Below, piece by piece: positions 56,442-64,000 of a DNA stretch of 64,000 nucleotides. Each line of letters begins with the position of its first letter. Position 1 is the stretch's first letter. The position numbers and the translations under genes are program-made. This DNA is from Rhodothermaceae bacterium bin80 (GTDB taxonomy: Bacteria; Bacteroidota; Rhodothermia; Rhodothermales; Bin80): positions 2,536-66,535 of the forward strand of contig MPNB01000007.1 in assembly GCA_002238805.1 (NCBI GenBank), in the 5' to 3' direction. The notes under the pieces were generated by a model, which worked only from the letters and a program-made list of their open reading frames with translations, ran no database searches and was not told the origin of the DNA.

Positions 56442-57303
56442 GGTCTTCCTCTGGTTGGTTACTGATTCTTACTAGGGAAAGCATTTGTGTTGTCTCCATA
56501 TAGTCGACGATGAATGCATGAAGTTCTTTCACGGTTGTGTGAAGTTCTAGGAAATTAGGCTTATCGAGATCCTCGATCATTAAGCCCACCTCATCCTGCA
56601 ATGTTTGCATTGAAATTCCGCGAGAATGCGCATGCCATCTTTTCGTGTTATTCAATTTCTTGGCTATCTCTTTCGCCTGCTTTTGCTTCATTGCTGAGGT
56701 TACCTCCCTTTTCTTTTCTTGCGTTTTGTTCCAATTCTTGAACTTATAAGCAGGCAACCATTTCTCTAATAATTCTACCGAGTGCTCTCTGGCTTGCTCG
56801 TATTGGTGAATATCTGCTAAGTCAAGTTTTAGTACCAATCCATATTCAAGTGGAGTTAGTTTTCCCGTTTTAGATTTTTTATTTAGCTCCTCAAATTTCT
56901 CTAGGTATCCCAAACCCGGTATCCACTTCCCATCAACAAAGAACTGTGGGTCAATTGGCCCCAACTGGGAGAAGTAATTCATGTAAATATTGTCAGCAGA
57001 CAGCGCAAAGATTGTGCCAGCAGACATCGCTTGTCCGGGGATTATGAAATCAATACAGTTATAGTGGTGGCGAAGAACTTCCACCGTCTTTTCAACCGAA
57101 TCAACCCAGCCACCCCCCGTGTCCAGTAGAATTGTGAGTGTATCGTCCCTATTATCTAGATTTTCTATTCTGTCTCTGACTAACGAAGGGAGATCACTAT
57201 GCATTGGTCCATAAATTGCCAGAGCGTCTGATTCTGTGACTGATGCCAACTGGCTCAGTCGCCAGAGAAGCATGTTTTCAATGAAATTCTGCACTTCTGC
57301 CAT
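56434..57303 (-). CDS. SDH-family Clp-fold serine proteinase (SppA/ClpP-like)
   Basis: Family hallmarks are present: ILLDTGGG, IIPGQAMSAGTIFALSADNIYMNYFSQLGPIDPQ. Confidence 0.75.
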   Translation of the reverse strand: MAEVQNFIENMLLWRLSQLASVTESDALAIYGPMHSDLPSLVRDRIENLDNRDDTLTILLDTGGGWVDSVEKTVEVLRHHYNCIDFIIPGQAMSAGTIFALSADNIYMNYFSQLGPIDPQFFVDGKWIPGLGYLEKFEELNKKSKTGKLTPLEYGLVLKLDLADIHQYEQAREHSVELLEKWLPAYKFKNWNKTQEKKREVTSAMKQKQAKEIAKKLNNTKRWHAHSRGISMQTLQDEVGLMIEDLDKPNFLELHTTVKELHAFIVDYMETTQMLSLVRISNQPEEDHG

Positions 57304-57460
57304 TTGGATGCCTTTATGTCAGGGGGAGGCACTCTTTGTCGGTCTCATGGTGAGGGCCAGCAGTGGGTATCCCCTCCAAGGTAAGGAGCTTGTCGCGGAC
57401 AGACACTACATTGATCGCCCGCATACCGGATTGCTGGAAGGGGGCGACTTGGAAAGACTC

Positions 57461-57548
57461 CTTGTCTGGTCACAGTGCGTCGCGTAGCGTCAAACGAATT
57501 TAACCGCGGGATCAACCTCGCTTTGGCATTTGCTGCCATACTCATGTC
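57461..57548. repeat. right copy of the imperfect ~85-bp direct repeat
   Basis: See the 56141-56224 entry. Confidence 0.5.
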
Positions 57549-57799
57549 GTCTATCATTGATGTATACCATGACGGAAACAGATTCAGCACCCACGCCCGT
57601 AGCTTACGCAATTCCATGAATATTGTTTATTGCGCTCCCGAGGCACGAACCCATCAAAACTGCCTACCAAGGTTCAGTCGACCTGTCACGTTCCTCGTAT
57701 TGCGCCTTTATTTTGAATCCGGTGGCATAGGAGATGGAGGACTTCTACAAACGAGTTGCGGGACAGACCCGCTATATGACTTGTATGGCCCCCGTGGGC

Positions 57800-58255
57800 C
57801 TAACTTCCTACTAGCTGCTCCAGTACACGCTTGCCATCGGCGGCAAGTATTGTGGCCCTTTGAGTAAATCTATCTGCCGGGGGTAAAAACCTTGGTGCTA
57901 ACTCGGTAATGCGGATTACTATTTCGGCAACAAGGAAGTCGAATTCAAGCTCCTTGTAGTTTTTGAAAAAATAGTCCTCGCCCCAAGCCACTATAGGAAT
58001 TAGGCGCAGGGGTTTGTTGGTGGACAAGGCCACATAACCTTTTGTACCCACATAATTACTGTGGACTTCTAGATTGGCCAAATAGTATAGTTTGGCATAT
58101 TTCTTGTCCACGGCCTCAATAATGGCGGCAGTACTCATGCTCTTCTTATCCTCAGGATCCAACCATGCAAGCGGTTTTGGGAATGCCCTGAAATGCTCTT
58201 TGAGCGCTTTCTTCAGATCCTCGACTTCCTCGTTCGTAAAATAATGGAATTTCAT
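57800..58255 (-). CDS. hypothetical protein (151 aa), translationally coupled to the upstream gene
   Basis: The ATG at 58255 forms an ATGA overlap with the upstream stop at 58252-58254. The product MKFHYFTNEEVEDLKKALKEHF... looks coding. The longer track ORF (to 58381) overlaps the upstream gene out of frame. Confidence 0.5.
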   Translation of the reverse strand: MKFHYFTNEEVEDLKKALKEHFRAFPKPLAWLDPEDKKSMSTAAIIEAVDKKYAKLYYLANLEVHSNYVGTKGYVALSTNKPLRLIPIVAWGEDYFFKNYKELEFDFLVAEIVIRITELAPRFLPPADRFTQRATILAADGKRVLEQLVGS

Positions 58256-58845
58256 TTCATGCCTTGCCTCAACTCCGCGTCCCTGATCTTCATGTGGTAC
58301 ACGGTCGTGAGGAAGCTGTATGCGATATAGTCGTGGCAAATGGTCCGACTGCATGACAGATTTCCCGAAATGTAATAGCACGTAGCGAACGCCTCTATGA
58401 CAGACCGTAGCAGGGCAAGTGACGCGTTTACATAAGACTCTTCTACTAGCCTCATTATCGCACTAGCGAGATCCACAACCGTTCTGTATAGGTGGCTATA
58501 GCACCAAGCGCGCGCATTGTGGACAGGGTGCCCTCCGGAAAGCATGTCATTTATCAAATCCGAGTCCCATAATATGGGTGAGGGAGCCTTGATCTCGTCC
58601 TCCAATTCCAACGCCAATTTGACGGTCTGTTTTATCAACGGTGCCAGTAATTCTAAACGCGTTGTGTCGTGTTTAGGGGGCGGAGAACGTCTACCCTTGT
58701 CCCTAGCAGAGTACCTATCTAATTTGTAGTTCCAAATTACCGCCTCCATGTATGTTGCGGCTTGTGAGTTTGTGGTTTTGATCGCAGGTTCTAGGAAGAG
58801 TGATGCGCGCTTATACCCGTTTGGTTTTGCGGGATAGCGATTCAA
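58252..58845 (-). CDS. hypothetical protein (up to 197 aa)
   Basis: The ORF has a helical, coding-like sequence (LALLRSVIEAFATCYYI). The start is uncertain; an internal Met lies at 58749. Confidence 0.5.
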   Translation of the reverse strand: MNRYPAKPNGYKRASLFLEPAIKTTNSQAATYMEAVIWNYKLDRYSARDKGRRSPPPKHDTTRLELLAPLIKQTVKLALELEDEIKAPSPILWDSDLINDMLSGGHPVHNARAWCYSHLYRTVVDLASAIMRLVEESYVNASLALLRSVIEAFATCYYISGNLSCSRTICHDYIAYSFLTTVYHMKIRDAELRQGMK

Positions 58846-59667
58846 TTAGTTCTTTGGAAGACCCAGCGATGATATCACTTTGGTTAAGTGTTAGTTCATT
58901 AGCAATACGCATCTCATCGTAAGGTATGGAAATCATATTTTTGCTATTCTGAGGGAAACCCCATGCCAATACGACATCCCACGAAATGGGATATAAGAGT
59001 TTGGTATCTTGATGCCGTAAATCATGCTTGGCCTTAGGGTACCTGGTGACACCAGTATCCCCAATCACAAAGCTTTGAGTTTTCTTCTCGGGGACCAGTG
59101 CTGCAATGTTTCTGCTCGCAAGTAATGGAGCGAAATTGAGATAGGGATTGTCCATCGTTGTTTCTATAAACATGTTGTGCACATCTCTTTCCTGCCTTTT
59201 AGAATCAAGACAGTATGACTTGGCCGCTGGGTGGACAGGGCGAAATTTGCGCTCAAAATCGCTTACAAACTTTCGGATCATGTCTTTTCCAAGCAATCTT
59301 GATAGCCTGTCTGGATGTCGAGCAAGTTGGGTTACCAGGAATTTTGCCCAAATGCTATGCTATTATATCTTGCGGTTAGCGAAATACTGCATCCATTCCG
59401 TACTTTTTCAAGAATCTTGCGCACAATATTAGACACTTCTGATTCAAACTTCGATAATGACTCTTCTAAATGCGTTGATCCTGAGCCATCTTCAGATATG
59501 TAAGTGTATAAATGGTTCTCCATAAATGCTCTGCGGGGAGATGACGGGTAGATCTTGCCAACCTTCTTGTTGAAGCAGTGCAGGTTTCCGCTCTCATCGA
59601 TGAAATTACGCAAGATGAATTGTGGAACATAGTGGTGGCTTTTGGGGCCGTTTGATGTGGAGGACAT
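58811..59667 (-). pseudogene. DUF4238 family gene, split by a single-nucleotide frameshift
   Basis: The N-terminal ORF 59332-59667 has the family hallmark HHYVPQFILRNF. The C-terminal part continues in another frame, which is open from 59359 (WAKFLVTQLARHPDRLSRLLGKDM...). The frames overlap at 59332-59359, next to a C3/G3 run at 59347-59349. Confidence 0.65.
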
Positions 59668-59753
59668 TTATTTAGAGGTTTTGGTTGGTATGACTTCGCT
59701 GCGTGGAGAAAATTCGGTACAGGAAAATAATCCAATTTCAACCATGAAACCAC

Positions 59754-60205
59754 TTACCGCCTAACCACTTTCTGCACACCCACTGGCCGACCGTCGGCTT
59801 CCATCTGCACAAAGTACACTCCATCCAGCATGGCCATCCCAGTGGACCCAGTGGGATCCGCTCTCATAGAACTGGTCCGTAGCCGTCGCAACCCGGCGCC
59901 TCAGCACACCAAACACGCCCAGACGCACATGCCCTGGTTTTTCGGTGGCGAACGGCAGCCTCGTATCGTTGACGAACGGGTTCGGGGAACTCTGCGCGCG
60001 AGGTGCTGGACACCAGCGCAACATCTACAGCGGTTGCGGGGACTGTAAACAGCCCGCGGCCAAAGGTGGCTACCAGGATCTCTTTCCAGTCATGTGTGAG
60101 GTTGATGCGGGTGATTGGCACGTTCGGCAGCACCCGATTTTGACGGGTCCAAGTCTCTTCCTCATCCAGGGTTTCCCAGAGTCCGCTATTGGTTCCCATC
60201 CACAA
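59754..60205 (-). pseudogene. remnant of a T9SS-secreted protein (beta-propeller end plus C-terminal sorting domain), 5'-truncated with frameshifts
   Basis: The sequence is spread over three minus-strand frames. These give GTNSGLWETLDEEETW...ILVATFGRGLFTV, then SSPNPFVNDTRLPFATEKPGHVRLGVFGVLRRRVATATDQFYESGSHWVHWDG, then GVYFVQMEADGRPVGVQKVVRR-stop. Confidence 0.55.
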
Positions 60206-60379
60206 TACATGGGTATATAAATTTGATCAAAATTTCCCCGAAATCCCACAAAAACGACTCAAAACCAGCTGAATCTACGAGCTCTTGGCTCAAACCTGCG
60301 GAAATACCATACCGAAATGGCTAAATCAGAAAAACCTAACGCCGATTAGCCACTGTAAGGGGTAACTTTCGTTATCGTG

Positions 60380-60502
60380 CTATTTTTTCGGTGCAAAGTG
60401 CCGGTAGAGGAGCCAAGTAACCGCGAAGGCAATAAGAAAGATGAACGCCGGAATCCCGATGCCCCAAAGAAGGCTGAAATCTGCCTGTTGCAAAACTCCC
60501 AT
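60380..60502 (-). CDS. 40-aa single-TM micro-protein (below the ORF-track size cut-off)
   Basis: The product is MGVLQQADFSLLWGIGIPAFIFLIAFAVTWLLYRHFAPKK. Its ATG overlaps the preceding TAA (TAATG at 60500-60504). Confidence 0.35.
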   Translation of the reverse strand: MGVLQQADFSLLWGIGIPAFIFLIAFAVTWLLYRHFAPKK

Positions 60503-60615
60503 TAGTCCTCACTCTGCTTGTGTTTACGCCAGGCGCGGTACGCCAATATAAGTCCAAGAAAGGACGCTGCGTACGCGATCGTCATGCCAATGACTGTGGC
60601 TAATGCCTGATTCAT
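60502..60615 (-). CDS. 37-aa single-TM micro-protein (below the ORF-track size cut-off)
   Basis: The product is MNQALATVIGMTIAYAASFLGLILAYRAWRKHKQSED. Its ATG at 60615 forms an ATGA overlap with the stop of 60612-60914. Confidence 0.35.
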   Translation of the reverse strand: MNQALATVIGMTIAYAASFLGLILAYRAWRKHKQSED

Positions 60616-60914
60616 GATGTGTTCTTATCCGTTGATTGCCAGCGAACCTTGGCTTCTAGCTCCTTCAGATAGCCCTGTTGTTTGGTTTCGTACTCGTTGG
60701 AAATGGCCTTGAGTTTCGGATCAATCACAAGGTGTACCAAAATGGTTAGCACGATACCGATGGCTAACATAATGTATCCGGATACCTGCAGCAGGATTGA
60801 CAGTGCAGCTCCGAGGGTAATCAGCACATAACATGCGGGAGACAGGATGATGGCGATCCAATCTTCTTTGGTCCATTCGTCGGCTTCGTTGGCCGACCAC
60901 TTTCGGCGAATCAT
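60612..60914 (-). CDS. small membrane protein coupled to the SSS transporter
   Basis: The 100-aa product has two TM helices, and its start overlaps the transporter stop by 4 nt. Confidence 0.55.
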   Translation of the reverse strand: MIRRKWSANEADEWTKEDWIAIILSPACYVLITLGAALSILLQVSGYIMLAIGIVLTILVHLVIDPKLKAISNEYETKQQGYLKELEAKVRWQSTDKNTS

Positions 60915-62548
60915 GGGGCTTTTGGGTAAGTATCTGCTGGACGACTGGCCTGGTCTGCACCAGAAACAGTTTCACCATTAGACATAATTAGACCGCGTCG
61001 TTCTGCTTCGTGCCGAACAGGTCCCCACCAACCGACGGGGCGCGACATTACATAGTAATGAACAAGGTGATCCATAGGTTCAGGCTTTGTGAGTAGCGTG
61101 ACCGGGAAGTAAACCATTGCGCCTAGGATCATTAGTATCCAAAACTGTTGGTAATCCAACAGATGGGGGATCAAGTTCAGTTCCGGTAGTATCCACACTA
61201 CGAGCCAGCTGAATCCCAAGTTGGCGATCCAGGAAGACAAGTATCCCCAGGCATTGAAGCGCCACCACACAACCTGCAGGATGTTTGGCAGCCAGATACC
61301 TGCGGCCATGATCCAGAGTGCAAAAATGAGCCACGACGTGATGTCTTCCATAATAAGGCCGTAGAAGAAGGACCCCAGAAGCAATATTCCAGTGGAGATA
61401 CGGCCGACTTGCACCAGGCGTTTTTCGCTTGCTTTAGGATTGACGTAGTGCTGATAGAGGTCGCGCGTAGCGTACAGGGCACCGAGGTTGAGGTGCGACG
61501 AAACCGTTGACAGATGAATCGCCAGGATGGCTGCGAAGAAGAAGCCCAACATGCCCGCAGGCAGGTAATCGAATCCGAGCCGGAACCAGCCCATTTCGTA
61601 TTCACTCTGGTCTGTGATACCTGGAAAGAGGACAAAGAATGCCAAAATGGCGACGGCCCATACAGAGTTGCGAACAAGGCCAATGATGGTTCCCCACCAT
61701 ATGCTGTAGCTGGCATCACGTACAGTTTTCGCGGATTGGATGCGTTGTGCCTCCACATACCAGTCTATGGTAGTCCCCATTCCGAAGCCTCCCAGAAAGG
61801 CTATCATCATCATGGTGATAAACCAGGCGATCGGGAAATCTCCGGACCACCATCCCGTAAAGGCAAACGGATTAATGCGGTCAAGCTCTCCGAGAGCAGC
61901 CAGTTTATCAAGGATTCCAGTTGGACCGCCGGCTGTATGGATGCCCCATACAGAGACGATAATAATGACCAGGAAAGCGATCACGCCCTGTTGGAAGTCG
62001 GCCATCACGACGCCCCAGTATCCAGCTGCCAGTACGTAGATGGCGCACACTAGGGAAAAAACGATCAGTCCGATCCAGGTTGGCCACGCAAACAGGTACT
62101 CGCATACTAAGCCCATGGCAATACCAACCCAGCCCAGCACAAACATATTCATAAAGAATTGCCATCCGGCCATCCAGCCGCGCAGCAGTTCGCTGCCAAG
62201 GCCGGTAAAGCGCACCACATTCCATTCTGCCTGTGTGTAGGCTAATGAGCGGCGGAATATCCGCGTGGACACGAAAGCACTAATGGCTGCCCAACCGCAG
62301 AAGAACGTGTACCAGAGGCCGGCCATCCCATTTTTGTAGATCACGCCTGTGATCCACATGGGGGTATCCGTAGCCGTGTGCGTGGCATATACACTACTGG
62401 CTGGTAGCCACCAAGGCAAACCTCGCCCTGCCAGGAAAAAATCAGACTCCGATCGTTTTCCTAGTCGATAAAACAGGATGCCGCTCCCGATCATCAACAG
62501 GAGAAAGAGCCCAACCCAGAACCAGTCTAGGAACGTAAATGTCGCCAT
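60911..62548 (-). CDS. sodium:solute symporter family transporter
   Basis: The 545-aa product is a multi-TM SSS-type protein (FFLAGRGLPWWL near the N-terminus). Confidence 0.85.
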   Translation of the reverse strand: MATFTFLDWFWVGLFLLLMIGSGILFYRLGKRSESDFFLAGRGLPWWLPASSVYATHTATDTPMWITGVIYKNGMAGLWYTFFCGWAAISAFVSTRIFRRSLAYTQAEWNVVRFTGLGSELLRGWMAGWQFFMNMFVLGWVGIAMGLVCEYLFAWPTWIGLIVFSLVCAIYVLAAGYWGVVMADFQQGVIAFLVIIIVSVWGIHTAGGPTGILDKLAALGELDRINPFAFTGWWSGDFPIAWFITMMMIAFLGGFGMGTTIDWYVEAQRIQSAKTVRDASYSIWWGTIIGLVRNSVWAVAILAFFVLFPGITDQSEYEMGWFRLGFDYLPAGMLGFFFAAILAIHLSTVSSHLNLGALYATRDLYQHYVNPKASEKRLVQVGRISTGILLLGSFFYGLIMEDITSWLIFALWIMAAGIWLPNILQVVWWRFNAWGYLSSWIANLGFSWLVVWILPELNLIPHLLDYQQFWILMILGAMVYFPVTLLTKPEPMDHLVHYYVMSRPVGWWGPVRHEAERRGLIMSNGETVSGADQASRPADTYPKAP

Positions 62549-62595
62549 GGAGAATTACTTGACTCGAATTGCACCTTATGATAGGGCCTGGAACG

Positions 62596-63762
62596 TTAAT
62601 TATCACGGGCGGGCCAGTTGCTAAGGAGCTGCCAACAGAGCCATAGGGCGCGCGGAACATGGAAGCATCCTTTGTAAGGGCCACCTTTGAAACGGTGAGT
62701 CACACGACCCTCTCGGTCGCAGTAGCCAAACCATTCGCCGTACTCCGTATCTACAAAATGACGAAACGTGTAGTCATCCACTTTTCGAAAGGCAGCAAGG
62801 TCATCAGGGTTTGACGTAAGCGCATAATTGAGCAGGTGTGCGTAAAGGGCTTCACAATGAGGCCACCAGAGCTTCATAGACCATTCCAGTTGGACTGGAC
62901 TGAATCCCTCTGCATCCATAAAGTAGTAGAGTCCGCCATGTTCTTCGTCCCATCCGAAAGCTTGGGCGTTCCGGATCATGTTTCGAGCCAATTCAATCAT
63001 ATCGGATCGTTCGGCTCTTATGGCTGCTTGCTGCAGGAACCAGCCGGCTTCAATTACATGTCCGGGATTCATGAGGCGTCCATCAGGTCCTTCCAGCCGG
63101 TTGCCATCCGGGGCTACGGATTCGAAGACGCGACTGCCATGCACATGCAACTGAATTCGCTTAAAGCAATCATTTATTTCGGACGAGCAGTTGGCATCAA
63201 TCATGACCTCCTCAAGGAGATTTAGCAGCATCATTGGCACAGCAAGCATTTGAGACGGTGCTGTACCTGCCAAGGCTGGACGTCCAACCTTGGACCAATC
63301 ATAGGCCCAGTCCCAGATACGTTCGACCATGAGCTTGGCCTCTTCCACCTGTGCAGGGTGATCGGTTGCACGACCGTGCTCGGAGAGCGCTAGCGCATAA
63401 AAGCATTCCGTAAATATTTTGCGCTGTTGATAGATGGGTTGACCATCACGTGCAAGCGCAAAATACACACGCCCGTCCGGGCGCAGGGCATGGTTTCTGA
63501 GGAAAGTCATGCCGCTGGTGGCCAAAGAGCGCCAGGATTTGCGTTGTTCAACGAGTCGGTACAACTTACTAAACATCCAGACTTGCCTTGCTAGCAGCCA
63601 GATATGTTTAGTAGTGTCATAGACAGTACCGTCACGGTCGAGGTTATTGAAGTAGCCTCCGTGGACCGGATCTGGGGAGTGCATTTCCCAAAACGGAAGC
63701 ACATGCTCAAAAAGTTCGTGCTCATATCGGGCCTGCAAATGTACGCGTTCGTGCTCAGTCAT
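62596..63762 (-). CDS. N-acylglucosamine 2-epimerase (AGE) family protein
   Basis: The sequence is an AGE-type alpha/alpha-barrel (LPFWEMHSPD..GGYF, KHIWLLARQVWMFS, WWPHCEALYA, FKGGPYKGCFHVPR). Confidence 0.85.
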   Translation of the reverse strand: MTEHERVHLQARYEHELFEHVLPFWEMHSPDPVHGGYFNNLDRDGTVYDTTKHIWLLARQVWMFSKLYRLVEQRKSWRSLATSGMTFLRNHALRPDGRVYFALARDGQPIYQQRKIFTECFYALALSEHGRATDHPAQVEEAKLMVERIWDWAYDWSKVGRPALAGTAPSQMLAVPMMLLNLLEEVMIDANCSSEINDCFKRIQLHVHGSRVFESVAPDGNRLEGPDGRLMNPGHVIEAGWFLQQAAIRAERSDMIELARNMIRNAQAFGWDEEHGGLYYFMDAEGFSPVQLEWSMKLWWPHCEALYAHLLNYALTSNPDDLAAFRKVDDYTFRHFVDTEYGEWFGYCDREGRVTHRFKGGPYKGCFHVPRALWLCWQLLSNWPARDN

Positions 63763-63837
63763 AAAAAAATGTCTAATTGGACAAGTAATTGCCTAATTTA
63801 GGTTATCAATCCGTTCAATCATATTTCAGGACAGATC

Positions 63838-64000
63838 ATGACTGATAGACGCAAGTTTTTACAAACTACTGTAGCTGCTGCAACAGGACTTTCTCTTGCC
63901 CCTGGGGCTGTTTCCAAGCCTAGGGCGAATCGGCCAAACCCGATGGGAGTATCTACGTACTCATTCTGGCGGTTCAACGGTCCGAAAGAGAACTATCCTA
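63838..64000 (+). CDS. Tat-signal sugar phosphate isomerase/epimerase-like protein, N-terminal part (runs off the right edge)
   Basis: The ATG at 63838 gives MTDRRKFLQTTVAAATGLSLAPGAVS...GVSTYSFWRF. Confidence 0.6.
   Translation, partial: MTDRRKFLQTTVAAATGLSLAPGAVSKPRANRPNPMGVSTYSFWRFNGPKENYP

Noticed and set aside
58251-58260. The tandem TTCAT-TTCAT (ATGAA-ATGAA on the coding strand) as a 5-bp duplication that frameshifts one larger gene.
   Set aside because: Deleting one unit would fuse the frames (..LRQGMKFHYF..). However, the same sequence gives a canonical ATGA stop/start overlap between two genes, which is common and needs no mutation. It is kept as an alternative only.
1-64000. A search for CRISPR arrays, rRNA genes, integrases and prophage modules.
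   Set aside because: I saw no regularly spaced short repeats, no rRNA-like sequence, and no tyrosine/serine recombinase or phage structural motifs in any frame. The only transposase-like sequence is the ISL3 relic.

Overview
This 64-kb chromosomal segment is probably from a Bacteroidota/Rhodothermota-like (Balneola/Rhodothermus-type) bacterium. That guess rests on gene content only: a TonB-dependent receptor with a carboxypeptidase-regulatory N-domain plus a DUF4249-like partner, a T9SS sorting-domain remnant, and several Tat-signal DUF1080 and sugar-isomerase genes. The left end carries housekeeping genes (tonB, nnr, moaB, yidD, hisI). A solitary 10.2-kb type I PKS gene follows at 10834-21075. 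Its domain order is KS-AT-DH-cMT-ER-KR-ACP-KS-(vestigial AT); the KR catalytic Tyr is replaced by His, and there is no loading module, TE or terminal ACP. A free-standing carrier-protein gene lies 2.2 kb upstream. The strongest accessory feature is a ~9.9-kb island (about 30036-39892) inserted behind an SDR gene and bracketed by a diverged direct duplication of that gene's 3' end. It carries a tightly coupled six-gene operon: C5-cytosine methyltransferase, Vsr, MORC-like GHKL ATPase, Z1 SF2 ATPase, PD-(D/E)XK protein and AIPR protein. This is a computationally predicted but, as far as I know, experimentally uncharacterised restriction/defence system. Its methyltransferase is split by a C10 homopolymer tract and is either a phase-variation candidate or inactivated. 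Two further cargo insertions are also flanked by duplicated host sequence: a TM2-domain gene, and an SDH-type Clp-fold protease. Coordinates 55.7-60.4 kb form a decayed accessory zone holding an ISL3 transposase remnant, a frameshifted DUF4238 gene and a T9SS-CTD remnant. The rest is ordinary metabolism and transport, including a long TonB-receptor/peptidase/symporter operon, DUF1080 proteins and an N-acylglucosamine 2-epimerase. I found no rRNA, tRNA or CRISPR array. All family assignments come from motif recognition by eye and need HMM or BLAST confirmation.
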